NCBI GenBank assembly: GCA_964016885.1
Contig: OZ024747.1
Location: forward strand, 11,408,001-11,472,000
Direction: 5' to 3'
DNA from: Eledone cirrhosa
Lineage: Eukaryota
DNA: 64,000 bases
Below the pieces are notes generated by a model. The model saw nothing but the letters and a program-made list of their open reading frames with translations, was not told where the DNA came from and ran no database searches. Positions 36,893-49,679 of this stretch are shown here, piece by piece. Position numbers and translations under genes: made by a program. Position 1 is the first letter of the stretch. Each line of letters begins with the position of its first letter.

Positions 36893-37392
36893 AAGGAAAA
36901 AATATGAAATCGAAAATGCAACTGGAGTCTTTTTAAGAATATTTATTTGTTTCCTTTACCAGTTTAACAGTTCTTATGCTTTTCAAAAGTAGAATTGAGA
37001 TGGAAGGTTTGTGGTTTTTCTTGCATCTGGTTGGTGTTCGAATGTTACTTCTGTTTTATGTGGAAAAAAGTGGTTCGAAATGGTAGGTTTTTGAGAAAAG
37101 TAATTTGGTTGGTTGATGACTGTCACGTGAATAAGTATAATAAATTTCGCGCCAGTTCGCGTTATAGAGTTCTTATTGTATTTGCCTTTAAAAGAAGGGG
37201 GGGGGGGGGAGGGGGCTCAGATTGTTTTTTCATATATGAGTGAAATTTGGTTGGTTGATGCAGTCATGTGAATAAGTATATCAACTTCTATATCAAAAGT
37301 GGCTCAAAAATGTTTTTTTTTTTAATAAATGTAATTTGATTGGTTATGACTGTCACGTGAATGAGTACATTAAAATTCGCGCCAGTTTGTAT
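36893..37392 (-). mobile_element. Penelope-like terminal repeat fragment
   Basis: Shares gaaatcgaaaatgcaactggagtctt...ttcctttacc with 13370 and 26070; internal repeat ttggttgatgactgtcacgtgaataagta about three times. Confidence 0.5.
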
Positions 37393-37429
<37 letters not shown>

Positions 37430-37434
37430 TGTAG

Positions 37435-37549
37435 GTACTTTCACTTCAAGACATCATTGATATCAGTGGATTGTACTTTGATGAGATTGAATTGTGGGCC
37501 TTGTGTAGAGAAACTCTCCAGTTTTTGAGAGGGAATAACCTAGATATTG
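37435..37549 (+). CDS. KNDC1: KNDC1-like exon 5 (KIND2 start)
   Basis: gtag|VLSLQDIIDISGLYFDEIELWALCRETLQFL...G|gtgag; phase 0 to 1. Confidence 0.88.
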
Positions 37550-37679
37550 GTGAGTAGGTTTTATGGTTTAACTCCTCCTCATCATCACTACCATCACCAC
37601 TACTACCATCATCATCATCATCTTCACCACCCCCACCATCATCAACAACTATACTAGGCTGTAACCTTTATGATTTCAG

Positions 37680-37792
37680 TGTTGTGTGATGATCTGGACA
37701 TGATTGGACTGCAGCCTGATGGACATATGGTATTGACTGGTCAACATCTGGACACACAAAGCCCTACTACAGATGTACCAGCAGATGAGAAG
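37680..37792 (+). CDS. KNDC1: KNDC1-like exon 6
   Basis: tttcag|TG...AAG|gtaac; LDMIGLQPDGHMVL...ADEK; phase 1 to 0. Confidence 0.8.
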
Positions 37793-38364
37793 GTAACAGG
37801 TGTTTCACTATTGTTATGTGCTAGGTCGTACATTTGAGGGGAGGCCATGATAGGGGAATGAGTGGAAGGTTGAGGGGTGTTAACTGATTACAGTGCTTTT
37901 AATGAAATACACGGTTTATGTATTTCAATTACTCTCGCGTCCCAAATAATAGGAGTTGGTGGGTTGAACATAAGTGTGTGTGTGTGTCTGGAGGGGGGTA
38001 TCAGTGTACGTTCGTAAATATGGGATTTCTTGTAATGTTCTTTTTCTGTCATATATAATGTATTTTTAATGTAAAATAAAATAATTATTAGTTTCTCCAG
38101 CTGTTGTATAAATATGAATCACTTACAATAAAATTTTGGCAGAGGTAGATTAACAAAAGTTAATAAGCGGGGGGTTGGGGGCATTATTCAAGACCTGAGA
38201 AAAATTTTGAAAACTAACAAAAATTAGAAGGAATTTAATAAAATAAAGGGGTCACATATACAACACTTTTATCCTCTGTGAGTGACTAAACAATTAAAAT
38301 ATAAGTTTTCTTATCTATTCTAATATTTAAATGTCTAAGACAACATTAACCCATTTCCTTTCAG

Positions 38365-38532
38365 ATGCTGGACAATGTTCACAGTGTTGGTATGATCCTG
38401 TGTCGGGCTGCTGGTCTTAAGTGTTCAACATCAATAGCAGAGTTAAATATGTCACATGATATAACAGACTTGATTGGAAATATGACAGAGGCTCAACTGG
38501 ACGGCAGAGTTTCTTTGGAAGATGTGTGGCAG
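38365..38532 (+). CDS. KNDC1: KNDC1-like exon 7
   Basis: tttcag|MLDNVHSVGMILCRAA...DLIGNMTEAQLDGRVSLEDVWQ|gtatg; phase 0/0. Confidence 0.85.
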
Positions 38533-38629
38533 GTATGGATTGTTAAGGGCTGTTAATAAAGGAACTAGAGTCTCCTTTTATGTTAATAAAGGATCTAGAG
38601 TCACTTTTATGACTTGCGCATTGGTCGTG

Positions 38630-39007
38630 TAGGTGTCACAACAAAAAGCACCCAGTCCACACTGTAAAGTGGTCATGTTGGTATCACAACAAAAAGCACC
38701 CAGCCCACACTGTAAAGTGGTCATGTTGGTATCACAACAAAAAGCACCCATCCCACACTGTAAAGTGGTCATGTTGGTATCACAACAAAAAGCACCCAGC
38801 CCACACTGTAAAGTGGTCATGTTGGTATCACAACAAAAAGCACCCAGCCCACACTGTAAAGTGGTTATGTTGGTATCACAACAAAAAGCACCCAGCCCAC
38901 ACTGTAAAGTGGTTATGTTGGTATCACAACAAAAAGCACCCAGCCCACACTGTAAAGTGGTCATGTTGGTGTCACAACAAAAAGCACCCAGCCCACACTG
39001 TAAAGTG
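38630..39007 (+). repeat. 48-bp minisatellite, about 8 copies, inside a retroposon tail (element extends to about 39168)
   Basis: tcacaacaaaaagcacccagcccacactgtaaagtggtcatgttggta. Confidence 0.95.
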
Positions 39008-39184
39008 TTTGGCGTTAGGAAGGGCATCTGAGCTGTAGAAACCAAGCCAGAAACAGTTCTGTATGAGTAAGATACAGTAACCTGACCTGACTTGCCTCAA
39101 ATGGGACAACACGTCTAACTCATGCTAGCATGGAAAATAGATGTCAAATGATGATGATGACGATGATGGATATATATATTAATA

Positions 39185-42100
39185 TCTGGTCTATGCTATC
39201 ACTTCTCCTGGTTGCTTTTCGATATGATGGATGGACTAAAGAATTCTGGAGAGTCTGAAGAATCTGGACACTCAGTGACAATGCCAAAGATAACGACAAA
39301 TTCACCTCATGCTGCCGGACGAAAAGGCAAGGACTCCTCCTCTTTGTTTCGGCCGCGGATGGCCAACATAACCCCAACCCCATCCCCCTCACCCCTCCCC
39401 ACGCCCCACCGTTCCCACCCACCAAACGCAATCTAAAACTTCAGAGTTGGTACCATGAATGTAGGCACCTTAAAAGGTTGCTCTAACGAGGTTGTAGAAA
39501 TGCTTGAACGTAAGGAGGTTGATGTTTGCTGTATCCAAGAGACCAGGTGGAGGGGCGGGTCAGCTAGATTCATGGGTGGAAAATGACAATGGGCTGGGTG
39601 GGGTAGGAATCATGTTAGCAGAAAAATGGGTGGATAAGATAATAGACGTAAATAGAGTGAACGACAGAATAATTAAAATAAGACTTGTTCTAAATAGAAC
39701 TACTGTGATAGTAATATCTGCATACGCACCCCAATCCGGACTGCCTGGCGCTATAAAAGACAGATTCTACGAGACACTGATGCTCACTACCTCCCAAATA
39801 ACCGACAGTGACTATATAATTATTGCTGGCAACCTAAATGGTCACGTTGGACAACATTGTGACGGCTATGATGGAATCCATGGAGGCTATGGGTTTGGTA
39901 CTAGAAATGAGGAAGGCTCCAGAATCCTGGAATTCTGTGACGCAAATAACCTAACTATCTATAACACTAACTTCAAAAAACGAGACAATCACTTGATCAC
40001 CTACAGATCAGGGAAACATACCAGCCAGGTAGATTATATCCTTACCAGAAGACGTGACAGAGTGTCTGTTGTAAACACTAAATCCCTCCCCCATGAAGAA
40101 TACACCTCTCAACATAGACTCATAATTAGGGACCTCATAGTCAGGACGAGACGTACTCGACAACAGAAGAGGACTATCCTCAGGAGAAAAATATGGAAGC
40201 TAATGGACCCCACAGCCAGTAATAAATTTAAAAGCATATTACTTGATGCTTCGACAGTAAGGAAGAGCAATTAGAGTCGTACAATATAGAGGAACAGTGG
40301 GAATTCCTGAAAGCAAACCTGCTGAAGGTGGCAGATGAAGTCTGTGGCTGGAGCAGGCCTATAGGCAGGAGGAGAGTAACGTGGTGGTGGAACAGTAAGG
40401 TAGAGGAGTCAATTAAGGCCAAAAAGCAGGCTTGGAAAGTATGGCGGGATGGGGGAAGTAGAGAAGACTATCAAGTGGCCAGGAGGGAAGCTAGGAGACA
40501 AGTGTACTTTGCAAAAAGGGAAGCAGAGGAAAGAAAGTTCAAGCATGTTCTACAATGCGAGGACCAAAGACGTGAGGTGTTCAGGATTGCTAGGCAATGT
40601 GTCAAGGAAAACCGTGATATTGTCAGGGAGAAGTGTGTCCTTAATGATGATGGTGTACTTGCCATCACTGACGCTGATAAGAAGGTAGCTTGGAAGTGTC
40701 ACTACGAAAGGCTACTAAATGAGGAGAATAAATGGGAGAAAGACAGTCTCCTCCACATCGATCCAATAGAGGGACCAGCAGTGTTAGTCGAAGGTAGTAT
40801 AATAAGTAAGGCAATCAAAGATATGAAGATGGGTAAGGCGGCTGGGCCTTCGGAAATAGTTGCTGAAATGCTGAAAGCTTCTGGAACGGTGGGACACACT
40901 ATGGTCACCCGGATAGTAAACCAAGTCATACAGAATGGGGTTGTTCCGAAGGACTGGCGTAGCAGCATCATCATTAACTGCTACAAGGGTAAAGGAGATG
41001 CCCTAGATAGGGGTAACTATAGAGGCATTAAATTAATCGACCAGGTCATGAAGGTCACAGAAAAAGTAATAGCGCAACTAATCAGAGAGCGAATTGATCT
41101 AGATGAAATGCAGTTCAAGTTTGTGTCAGGTAAAAGTACCACAGACGCTCTTTTCATTGTACGACAACTACAGGAGAAGTACCTAGCTAAAAGTAAACCC
41201 CTATACTTATCTTTTGTCGACTTGGAGAAAGCCTTTGACAGAGTCTCCCGTTCCATTATCTGGTGGGCTCTTAGAAAACTAGGTGCTGATGAATGGCTTG
41301 TGAGAGCTATACAAGCCATGTATAAAGAAACAGTCAGCAAGGTTAGAATTAACAACAAATATAGTGAAGAGTTTAGCGTAAAAGTTGGCGTCCATCAGGG
41401 CTCTGTTATCAGCCCCCTACTATTTATTATTGCCCTTCAGGCTATAACAGAGGAGTTCAAGACCGGCTGCCCATGGGAACTCCTATATGCAGATGATCTA
41501 ATGCTCATAGCTGAATCAATGGCTGAACTAGAGAAGAAATTCCAAACATGGAAGCATGGCCTAGAATCAAAAGGCCTTAAAATTAACCTGTCTAAGACTA
41601 AAGTTCTAGTTTGTAGGAAGGAAAATAGGGCACCAGTCCCATCTGGGAAATGGCCATGCTCAGTGTGTAGGAAAGGAGTAGGCAGAAACTCCATTTTATG
41701 TCCCAAATGCAAAGTATGGGTGCATAAAAGATGTAGTGGGATCACAGGTAAGCTAACTAAGAATATAGATTTTATATGTGGCCGGTGCTCTGGTGCAATA
41801 AGTAGCAGTAAGTGCCCACAGAATACTAGCTCATTCCATTGCACAGATGGTTCTATAGAAATAGCGGACACCTTCCGTTACTTGGGTGACAAAATCGGCA
41901 GTGGTGGAGGGTGCTCTGAAAGTACAGTAGCTAGAGTCAGAACTGGATGCAAAAAGTTCAGAGAGCTAATACCACTATTAGCCGCTAAAGGGTTCTCTCT
42001 AAAAATGAAAGGCAGGCTGTATGATGCCTGCATACAAACAGCAATATTACATGGCAGTGAGACCTGGGCATTGTGTGCAGACTGGAGAGGAACGAAGCTT

Positions 42101-42810
42101 GCATGCTCCGCTGGATGTGTAATAGTAATATACGTGAACGGCAAAGCATAAACGAACTAAGGGAAAAATTAGAAATAAGAGGGATCAGATGTTGTTTACT
42201 CGAGAGAAGACTACGTTGGTACGGTTACGTGATGCGCATGAAAGACGACAGCTGTATAAAAAAGTGCAGGGCAATAAAAATAGATGGTAGCCACGGAGTA
42301 GGCAGACCCAGAAAAACCTGGGACGACTTGATAAATTCCGATCTCACACACTTACACCTCTCCAAGACAATGTCACTGGACCGAGATCTTTGGCGCTACA
42401 GAGTAATACAGAAGACCCGCCTTACCTAAGTAAAAAGTGAAACCTACTACAGTCAGTAGGCACCTCTAACAAAATACCCCCCCGTCCCACTGCCCCCCCC
42501 CCTTCAATGTAAAGTTGTGTTGGTACCACAACATCCAGTCCAAAACAAATGAGGTCGTGTAGGAGTCACGACAAAAAAAAAACACACAGTCCACGCTGTA
42601 ATGTGGCCGTGTAGGTAACACGGTAAAAACCTCCCAGTCCACACTGTAAATGTGGTTGGTGTTAGGAAGGGCATCCAGCCGTAGAAAACCCGCCAGACAG
42701 TCCTATGCGAGCAAGACAACCACTCTTGCCTCAAGTGGGAAAACTCCTGTCCAAGCCCATGCAAGCATGGAAGATGGACGTTAAACAATGATGATGATGA
42801 TGATGATGAT
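39185..42810 (+). mobile_element. Near full-length RTE LINE family B (APE endonuclease plus RT with PHD insert), frameshifted
   Basis: VGTMNVGTL, CIQETRW, SAYAPQ, SQVDYIL; RT DLEKAFD, HQGSVISP, YADD; several frameshifts; long 3' UTR and (GAT)n tail. Confidence 0.93.
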
Positions 42811-43007
42811 TTCTCCCCCTTCCATAGATTTCTGTTACATTCCACTAGAAATATTGAGACGTTCTAATATATGTTATTTTATTTCCTTCCTGTTTCACCA
42901 ACATCACCACCACCACCACCACCACCACCACCACCACCGCCGCCACTGCAAATGGGCAACCCAACCACGACCACCACTATGACCAACATGACTTCTGCCA
43001 ATCCAAG

Positions 43008-43094
43008 AAATGTGGAGAACATGAAAGAAGTGCTACATACACATCAGAGAATATCTGTCAGAGTCTTTATGAAGAATGTTGGAATAAGATGACT
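43008..43094 (+). CDS. KNDC1: KNDC1-like exon 8 (KIND2 end)
   Basis: caag|KCGEHERSATYTSENICQSLYEECWNKMT|gtgagt; 87 nt, phase 0/0; weak acceptor. Confidence 0.7.
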
Positions 43095-43183
43095 GTGAGT
43101 TACTGTATTGTTATTTTGGTGAACATGTTTAGTGTGGAAGGCTGTGGTTGGTGTTTAGTGTTATTTTGGTGAACTTCCAAATC

Positions 43184-43631
43184 TGGTAATGAAAGGGTTA
43201 AAAACAGGTAGTGTCTTTCATTAGAAATATGGTAATGAAAGGATTAATGACATAGGCAGTGTCTTTCGTTAGAAATCTGGTAATGAAAGGGTTAATGAGA
43301 TAGGTAGTGTCTTTCATTAGAAATATGGTAATGAAAGGATTAATGACATAGGCAGTGTCTTTCGTTAGAAATATGGTAATGAAAGGGTTAATGACATAGG
43401 CAGTGTCTTTCATTAGAAATATGGTAATGAAAGGGTTAATGACATAGGTAGTGTCTTTCATTAGAAATATGGTAATGAAAGGGTTAATGACATAGGCAGT
43501 GTCTTTCATTAGAAATATGGTAATGAAAGGGTTAATGACATAGGTAGTGTCTTTCATTAGAAATATGGTAATGAAAGGGTTAATGACATAGGTAGTGTCT
43601 TTCATTAGAAATATGGTAATGAAAGGGTTAA
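43184..43631. repeat. 48-bp minisatellite, about 9 copies
   Basis: gaaatatggtaatgaaagggttaatgacataggtagtgtctttcatta. Confidence 0.95.
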
Positions 43632-43650
43632 TTTAAGAGTTTAATTTCAG

Positions 43651-44116
43651 ATGAAAATCACAGAAGATGGCTCTAGCTCTGAAGAAGATTCTGCTACAGA
43701 CAGAGATTTCAGAAGTCAAAATAATGTTCATTCTACAGAATCAGCTCCAAATACTTCCATTGTCTGTGGTTCCTCAAACGACACAGAGAAATCAGCATTT
43801 ATGTCGGTACCAAACAGACAGGACAAACACCAAACTGACCCCTCAGAGACTACAGTTCCTCAGGCCTTTAGGTCAGTGGCAACTCATTTTAAACCAATAG
43901 TTGTGAATTCAGACAGATTTATTCCGGTTGTGAAAAATCCTGGGATGTTGGAAGCTTCATTTTCCGGTGGTGTTTCTCAGGGAAAAGAAAATCTAACCTC
44001 TTCAATTCTTACCCCAGGGCAACGGGTGGTTGAGAAACTGAGACAACTAGAAGAAGTTTACACCAAACGTTACCCCAGAGCAGCCTCTCTTGGCTCCAGA
44101 TTCAAACAAACACATA
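43651..44116 (+). CDS. KNDC1: KNDC1-like exon 9
   Basis: tttcag|MKITED...FRSVATHFKPIVV...A|gtaag; phase 0 to 1. Confidence 0.8.
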
Positions 44117-44138
44117 GTAAGATTATTTACGTTTATAT

Positions 44139-44184
44139 TACACACACACATACACAGACACACACACATACACACACACACAGA

Positions 44185-44216
<32 letters not shown>

Positions 44217-44952
44217 CACACGCACACGCACACCAGACACAGACATACACACAGACACACATACACATACACAGACACACACACCAGACACACACACACA
44301 CACACACACACCAGACACAGACATACACACAGACACAGCCAAACAGACACGTACACAGACACACACACACACACACCAGACACAGACACACACACACCAG
44401 ACACAGACACACACACACACACACCAGACACAGATACACACACACCAGACATAGACACACACAGACACAGACATACACACATACACACAGACACAAACAC
44501 CCAGACACACACATACTCACACAGACACACAGACACATACATACACAGATACACACATACAGACACATACATACACAGATACACAAATGCACATATACAT
44601 ATACTAACACAAATAAAAACACATACACAAACACACACACATGATGTATTATGTTGCTATGTTGCTATGGAGATATTGTTATGTTGCTATGTTGCTATGT
44701 TGCTATGTTACCCTGTTGCTAAGTTGCCATGTTGCTATGTTACCATGTTGCTATGTTGGCATGTTGCTATGTTGCTATGTTACCATGTTGCTATGTTATC
44801 ACGTTGCTATGTTACCATGTTGCTATGTTACCATGTTGTTATGTTACCATGTTGCTATGTTACCATGTTGCTATGCTACCATGTTGCTATTCTTGCTACA
44901 TATTTATTGGTATGTCACAAAATATAAAAAGAAAGAGTGAAAGAATGAATGA

Positions 44953-44995
<43 letters not shown>
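44139..44995. repeat. CA-rich, (tgttgcta/tgttacca)n and (GAAA)n simple repeats
   Basis: Directly visible. Confidence 0.93.
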
Positions 44996-45061
44996 GAATG
45001 AAAGAAATGATATTTAACATGAAATAGGATGTTTGTTTCTGTCTTCTTTCTTATTTATTAG

Positions 45062-46548
45062 ACCCGAAAGAGAGGAAATGTGACAATATTTTAGAAGAGA
45101 CATCAACAGTAAATGGGGGAGGAATACATTTGTCTGAGAGTTTAGACATGGAACAACTTGCTGAAATGATTCTTAACAAACTCCAGCATCACAAGACAAA
45201 CTGCAAACAAGATTTATCACAAATTAGAACTGAATATCAGACACTGGCCTGCAACAATCACCATACAAACTTTAAACCTCAGCTTCCTGTAGTGATGGTG
45301 CCAGCTGAAAACCTTAGCATGACGATGGCTCTTCCAGTTCTTCACTCTCCCCAAACAGAGCTTAACCATGGAACTGAACATGGCTTCATTAAAATTAAGT
45401 CCCCTCCATCAACATCTTGTCTTCGATGTCACAATCACTCCACCAGTTCTGTGTCTGTTTCTTCATCTTCTCCTTCTTCTTCCTCTACTATGTCGTCTGT
45501 TTTACCAAATTCTTCAGAGACCCCCACTAGTAATCAATCTAGATATTCCTGTGGTGACTGTGATGGCAGAGAAACAGCGGTTGATTCTTGCAACTGTGGT
45601 AGATTAATGCAAACGCTTCCTTTACTGAACAGCATAACAAGCAGTGAATGTAACAACCATTGTAACAGTTATTGTCAGTCATGTCACCTGTGTGAGGACC
45701 AAACGCTGTTTGGTTCTCACATATCTCAATGTGAAGGCCAAACACTGTTTAACCCTCACATATCTCAACATGAGCAACAGTTGAGGAACTTTGGAGAATA
45801 TTTTTGCTGTAAAGAATTGAATTTTGATGGTGTTGACGGTGTCGGTGGTGTTGATGATGTTGGTGGTGTTAGTGGTGTTGGTGGGGCTGGTGGTGTTGAT
45901 GGTGTTGGTAGTGTTGGTGGTGTTGATGGTGTTGGCGGGGCTGGTGGTGTTGATGGTGTTGGTGGTATTGGTGGTGTCAGTGGTGTTGGTGGGGTTGATG
46001 GTAATGATGAGGTTGATGGTGTTGGTGGTGTTGGTGGGTTTGATGGTGTTGATAGGGGCTATTCACGGAACTCTTTGCAACAGGTTGCTCAACTACAGCA
46101 TATACAACTGCGACAACAGCAGCACCACCAATATCACCACCCCCATCACCACCACCACCGCCACAAACAACAACAACAGCCACAACAAAACCAACAACAC
46201 CAACACAACCATTACCAACAACAACAACATCAACAAAAGCACCGTCTACCACAGAAATGTCTGCATTTATCTCCTCTTCCTTTTATTTCTCCTCCACACC
46301 ACCATCCTCCCCACCCCTACCACCACCGCCACCACCACCACCACCAGCAGCAGCAGCAGCAGCAGATAAAACAAAGTGAACAATTAGGAGACTACAACCA
46401 TCTGAACCCTCTTCAGTACTCCTGTCAACATCCCAACCACGACCACCACCACCACCACCACAACCACCAACACGCCAACCACCACCAACACCACCAACAA
46501 CAGCATCCGAACCAGCACCATCAAAATCTGATGCAACAGCAGCAACAA

Positions 46549-46585
<37 letters not shown>

Positions 46586-46755
46586 GGCAGGAGCAACAAC
46601 AACAACAACAACAACAAGTAAATCATAGCTCCTTAGCCAACATCATTGAGACCAATGAGGAGAACAAAAACAACATGAATAATGGAAATACCACCACCAC
46701 CACCACCACCACCACCACCAACATCAATAACAATAACAACAACAGCAGCAGCAGC

Positions 46756-46822
<67 letters not shown>

Positions 46823-48109
46823 GCAGCAGCAACAACAACAACAACAACAGCAGCAACAACTGCAGCAGCAGCAACAACAGCAACAACAGCAACAACAACA
46901 ACAACAGCAACAGCAACAACAACAGCAACAGTAACAACAGTAACAACAACAGCTGTAGTAGCAGCAGTCCAATATTTCCAGGAAGTCACAGAACAGAACA
47001 TTCAGGTGACATCCATAGTGAAGAAATTGTGACAGAGAACCCAAATATTTGGGAGACATCAATTGTGAGTTTACACAACAACAACAACAATAACAACTGT
47101 TATAACAATCATAATAACAATAGCAACAAAGGAGACACAAATGGTGCCGTGAGTGGAATATTTGGCCAAGAGAACTTCCAAGCTGTTTCTGAGAACAGCT
47201 GTTGCAATGCTGGTGCAAATGTGTGCAAGAGAAATCTTCATTCCAATGGTGAGTCTTTGGAATGTGATGGTTTATTTGTCAATGCTGAAGGTTGCTTGAC
47301 ATTTAGATCAAAGACTAACGCTCAGAGTTCCGAAAACAGATGTTTTCATGGCAGGAATTTACAAAGTTGCAACAGAGATATCATCAAACCTCAACAGTCT
47401 TTGAATAGATTGAGTGAATGTCATGAAAATCATTTGAGCAGTTCTTATACCATTGAAGATAATAATCCAAAGAGTAGGTTGTGCCAAAATCTTTCTCCAG
47501 TGCCAATGTCATTATTTAACTCTCGTGTTTGGAATGAGACCAATATGGCTACAAGAGACAACCACAACAATAGCAAATATTTAAGTTGTCCTTCACTCTG
47601 TGGAAAACACATTTTGAAAGAAACTATCACAGAGTCTGCTGTATGTCCACATTCCAAAGGATCTATGCCAAATGTCAATCTCAAAATGTTTCAATTCAGA
47701 GACAATCCTAAAAGAATCAGTCAAAATCCTTGTTCAAAAGATGACCCCTTGTCAACTGATCATTATGAAAGAATTCCCTTCAAAGGAACTGATCCCACAA
47801 CACCAAATATTTCTAATCATTCCACAACTTTAAATATGAAATGCTCATTCTGTAAAGAGTGTCAAGAAGATAAAGAAAATAAAAGATATGTGGAAGATTG
47901 GCAACAAAGGGTGGAAAACAGTGAATGGAACCAGAATAATATTGATCTCAAGAAACAATCAGCTACATTGGAAATATCTGGAAACTACCACAGGTCTGAT
48001 AAAATAGTTGTTAAGCAACTAGGACTGGTTTACAAAATAATGGATTTACTCCAATCAAAATCAACCCCAAACTCAACAGTTAATGAAGAATCAGACTGCT
48101 TTTTAATTA
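45062..48109 (+). CDS. KNDC1: KNDC1-like exon 10 (3-kb low-complexity exon)
   Basis: tattag|AC, open frame of about 1015 codons with unique sequence at both ends, donor A|gtgagt; phase 1/1. Confidence 0.8.
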
Positions 48110-48662
48110 GTGAGTATTTCTTTTCTTTATGTTTATCAATGGATTAATTAACTTATATCAAGATTAACAGAGGATTAACTATGAAATATAATATGTAATG
48201 TTAATACTGTCTCTAAAACGTTTGAGAGTCTTTTTTGTTGTAGTTATTGTTTAATTCCAGATCTACTCTGACCAAATAAATCTCTTATCAAAGATATTCC
48301 AGCTGGGAACAGTTTATCTTTTTACAGGTATCTTACGACCCATTATTAAAGGTGTCTTTTAGATTTTTAAGGCAGTAAAGTTTTATTTAAGGCATATTTG
48401 CTTGTTATTACTAGCAGATCAAGTAACCATGTAAAGATACCTCTTGTTGCCTCATTAAGGGTCAGTATTTTAAAATTTGGTTTGAGTTATGGTTAGGAAT
48501 TTCCTGGCAATTCTTGACCTAACAATCATCATTCATATGCATCACATGTCCATACCAACACAGTCTTCTCTCTTTCACACTACTTTGGATTCCTCTTAAA
48601 CTCAGTTTCTCCCCAGTTATATTGCACATCCAACACACACACACACATATATATATTGAGAA

Positions 48663-48733
48663 GTTCCCTGATGAGCTGAGACTTCTTACAGTGCTTAGAA
48701 ACTGCGATTACTCAGCAAAACTTCAGTTGGGAC
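48663..48733 (+). ncRNA. Decayed type I hammerhead ribozyme
   Basis: gttcc-CTGATGA-GCTGAG...CTCAGC-AAAA(for GAAA)-CTTCAG-TT-gggac. Confidence 0.55.
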
Positions 48734-48894
48734 ATCAAAGTAAATCATTCTTTTTCTTGTCCTGTTTACTTTTCCTAGAGTCGGGCCAGATCAATACAGA
48801 TCGTGCCTTGAGCTGATTACTTGTGAAACACATGTCACATCTCAATAAATGCAACGAAGATCTAACATCTCGTCCTTTTTATTACTATATATAG

Positions 48895-49112
48895 ATGTCA
48901 ACATGAATGGACCTGTTATTTTTAACTAAAAACATTTTTTCCAATTCCATCCCACCCGTCCCTTCAATCTATCTTATTTCTCATTCTTCCTTCTGATGAA
49001 GGACTAGTGTCCAAAACGTTAAGACCCTCTTGCTGCTATTTTAAGCGTTAACCTAATATATTCCTTTCCATATGCTGTACCAATTGTGTTGTTATTTCTG
49101 TTTATCTTTTAC
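48895..49112 (+). mobile_element. Penelope-like terminal repeat with decayed minimal hammerhead
   Basis: CTGATGAA-GGAC-tagt-GTCC-AAAA-CGTT at 48993; homolog on the minus strand at 17160..17372. Confidence 0.55.
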
Positions 49113-49118
49113 ATATAC

Positions 49119-49179
<61 letters not shown>

Positions 49180-49182
<3 letters not shown>

Positions 49183-49385
49183 TCATCATCATCATCGTTT
49201 AACATCTATCTTCCATGCTAGCATGGGTTTAGATGGGAATTGTCCCACTTGAGGCAAGATTGGTTGTCTCGCTCGTATAGGACTTGTCTGGCAGGTTTTC
49301 TACGGCTGGATGGCCTTCCTAACACCAACCACGTTTACAGTGTGGACTGGGAGGTTTTTACCGTGTTACCTACACGGCCACATTA
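49180..49385 (-). mobile_element. RTE family B 3' UTR fragment
   Basis: Reverse complement of about 42595..42810; a similar piece lies at 59285..59425. Confidence 0.8.
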
Positions 49386-49475
49386 CATATATATATGTAT
49401 GTATGTATGTATATATAAATTTATTAGTTGTTATAGTCGTTATTGTTGATATTGTTATTGTCTACTTACAACCAG

Positions 49476-49629
49476 GTGCAGGAATTGGAAGTTTGAAAGG
49501 TTTACCAAGAGATAGATTCCAGTTTAGTCTTGCTACAATGTATCCAAACTATCAATGGGAGCAACAGAATTTGGAAAGAATCTTTCACCTCATCAATGGA
49601 GAAGATTCAAAACTGAGTAATAAGTCAAG
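49476..49629 (+). CDS. KNDC1: KNDC1-like exon 11
   Basis: ccag|GT...AG|gtaaag; RDRFQFSLATMYPNYQWEQQNLERIFHLING resembles a KNDC1 central motif as recalled (LYWDEKLLQNLFKVVNG); phase 1 to 2. Confidence 0.78.
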
Positions 49630-49679
49630 GTAAAGAAGAAACAGAAGAGCACAGTGTTTCTGTGTGTGTGTTTACATGG

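Noticed and set aside
42871-43092. ORF resembling a mariner HTH fragment (NVENMKEVL...ISVR)
   Set aside because: Another frame gives a splice-bounded exon completing KIND2.
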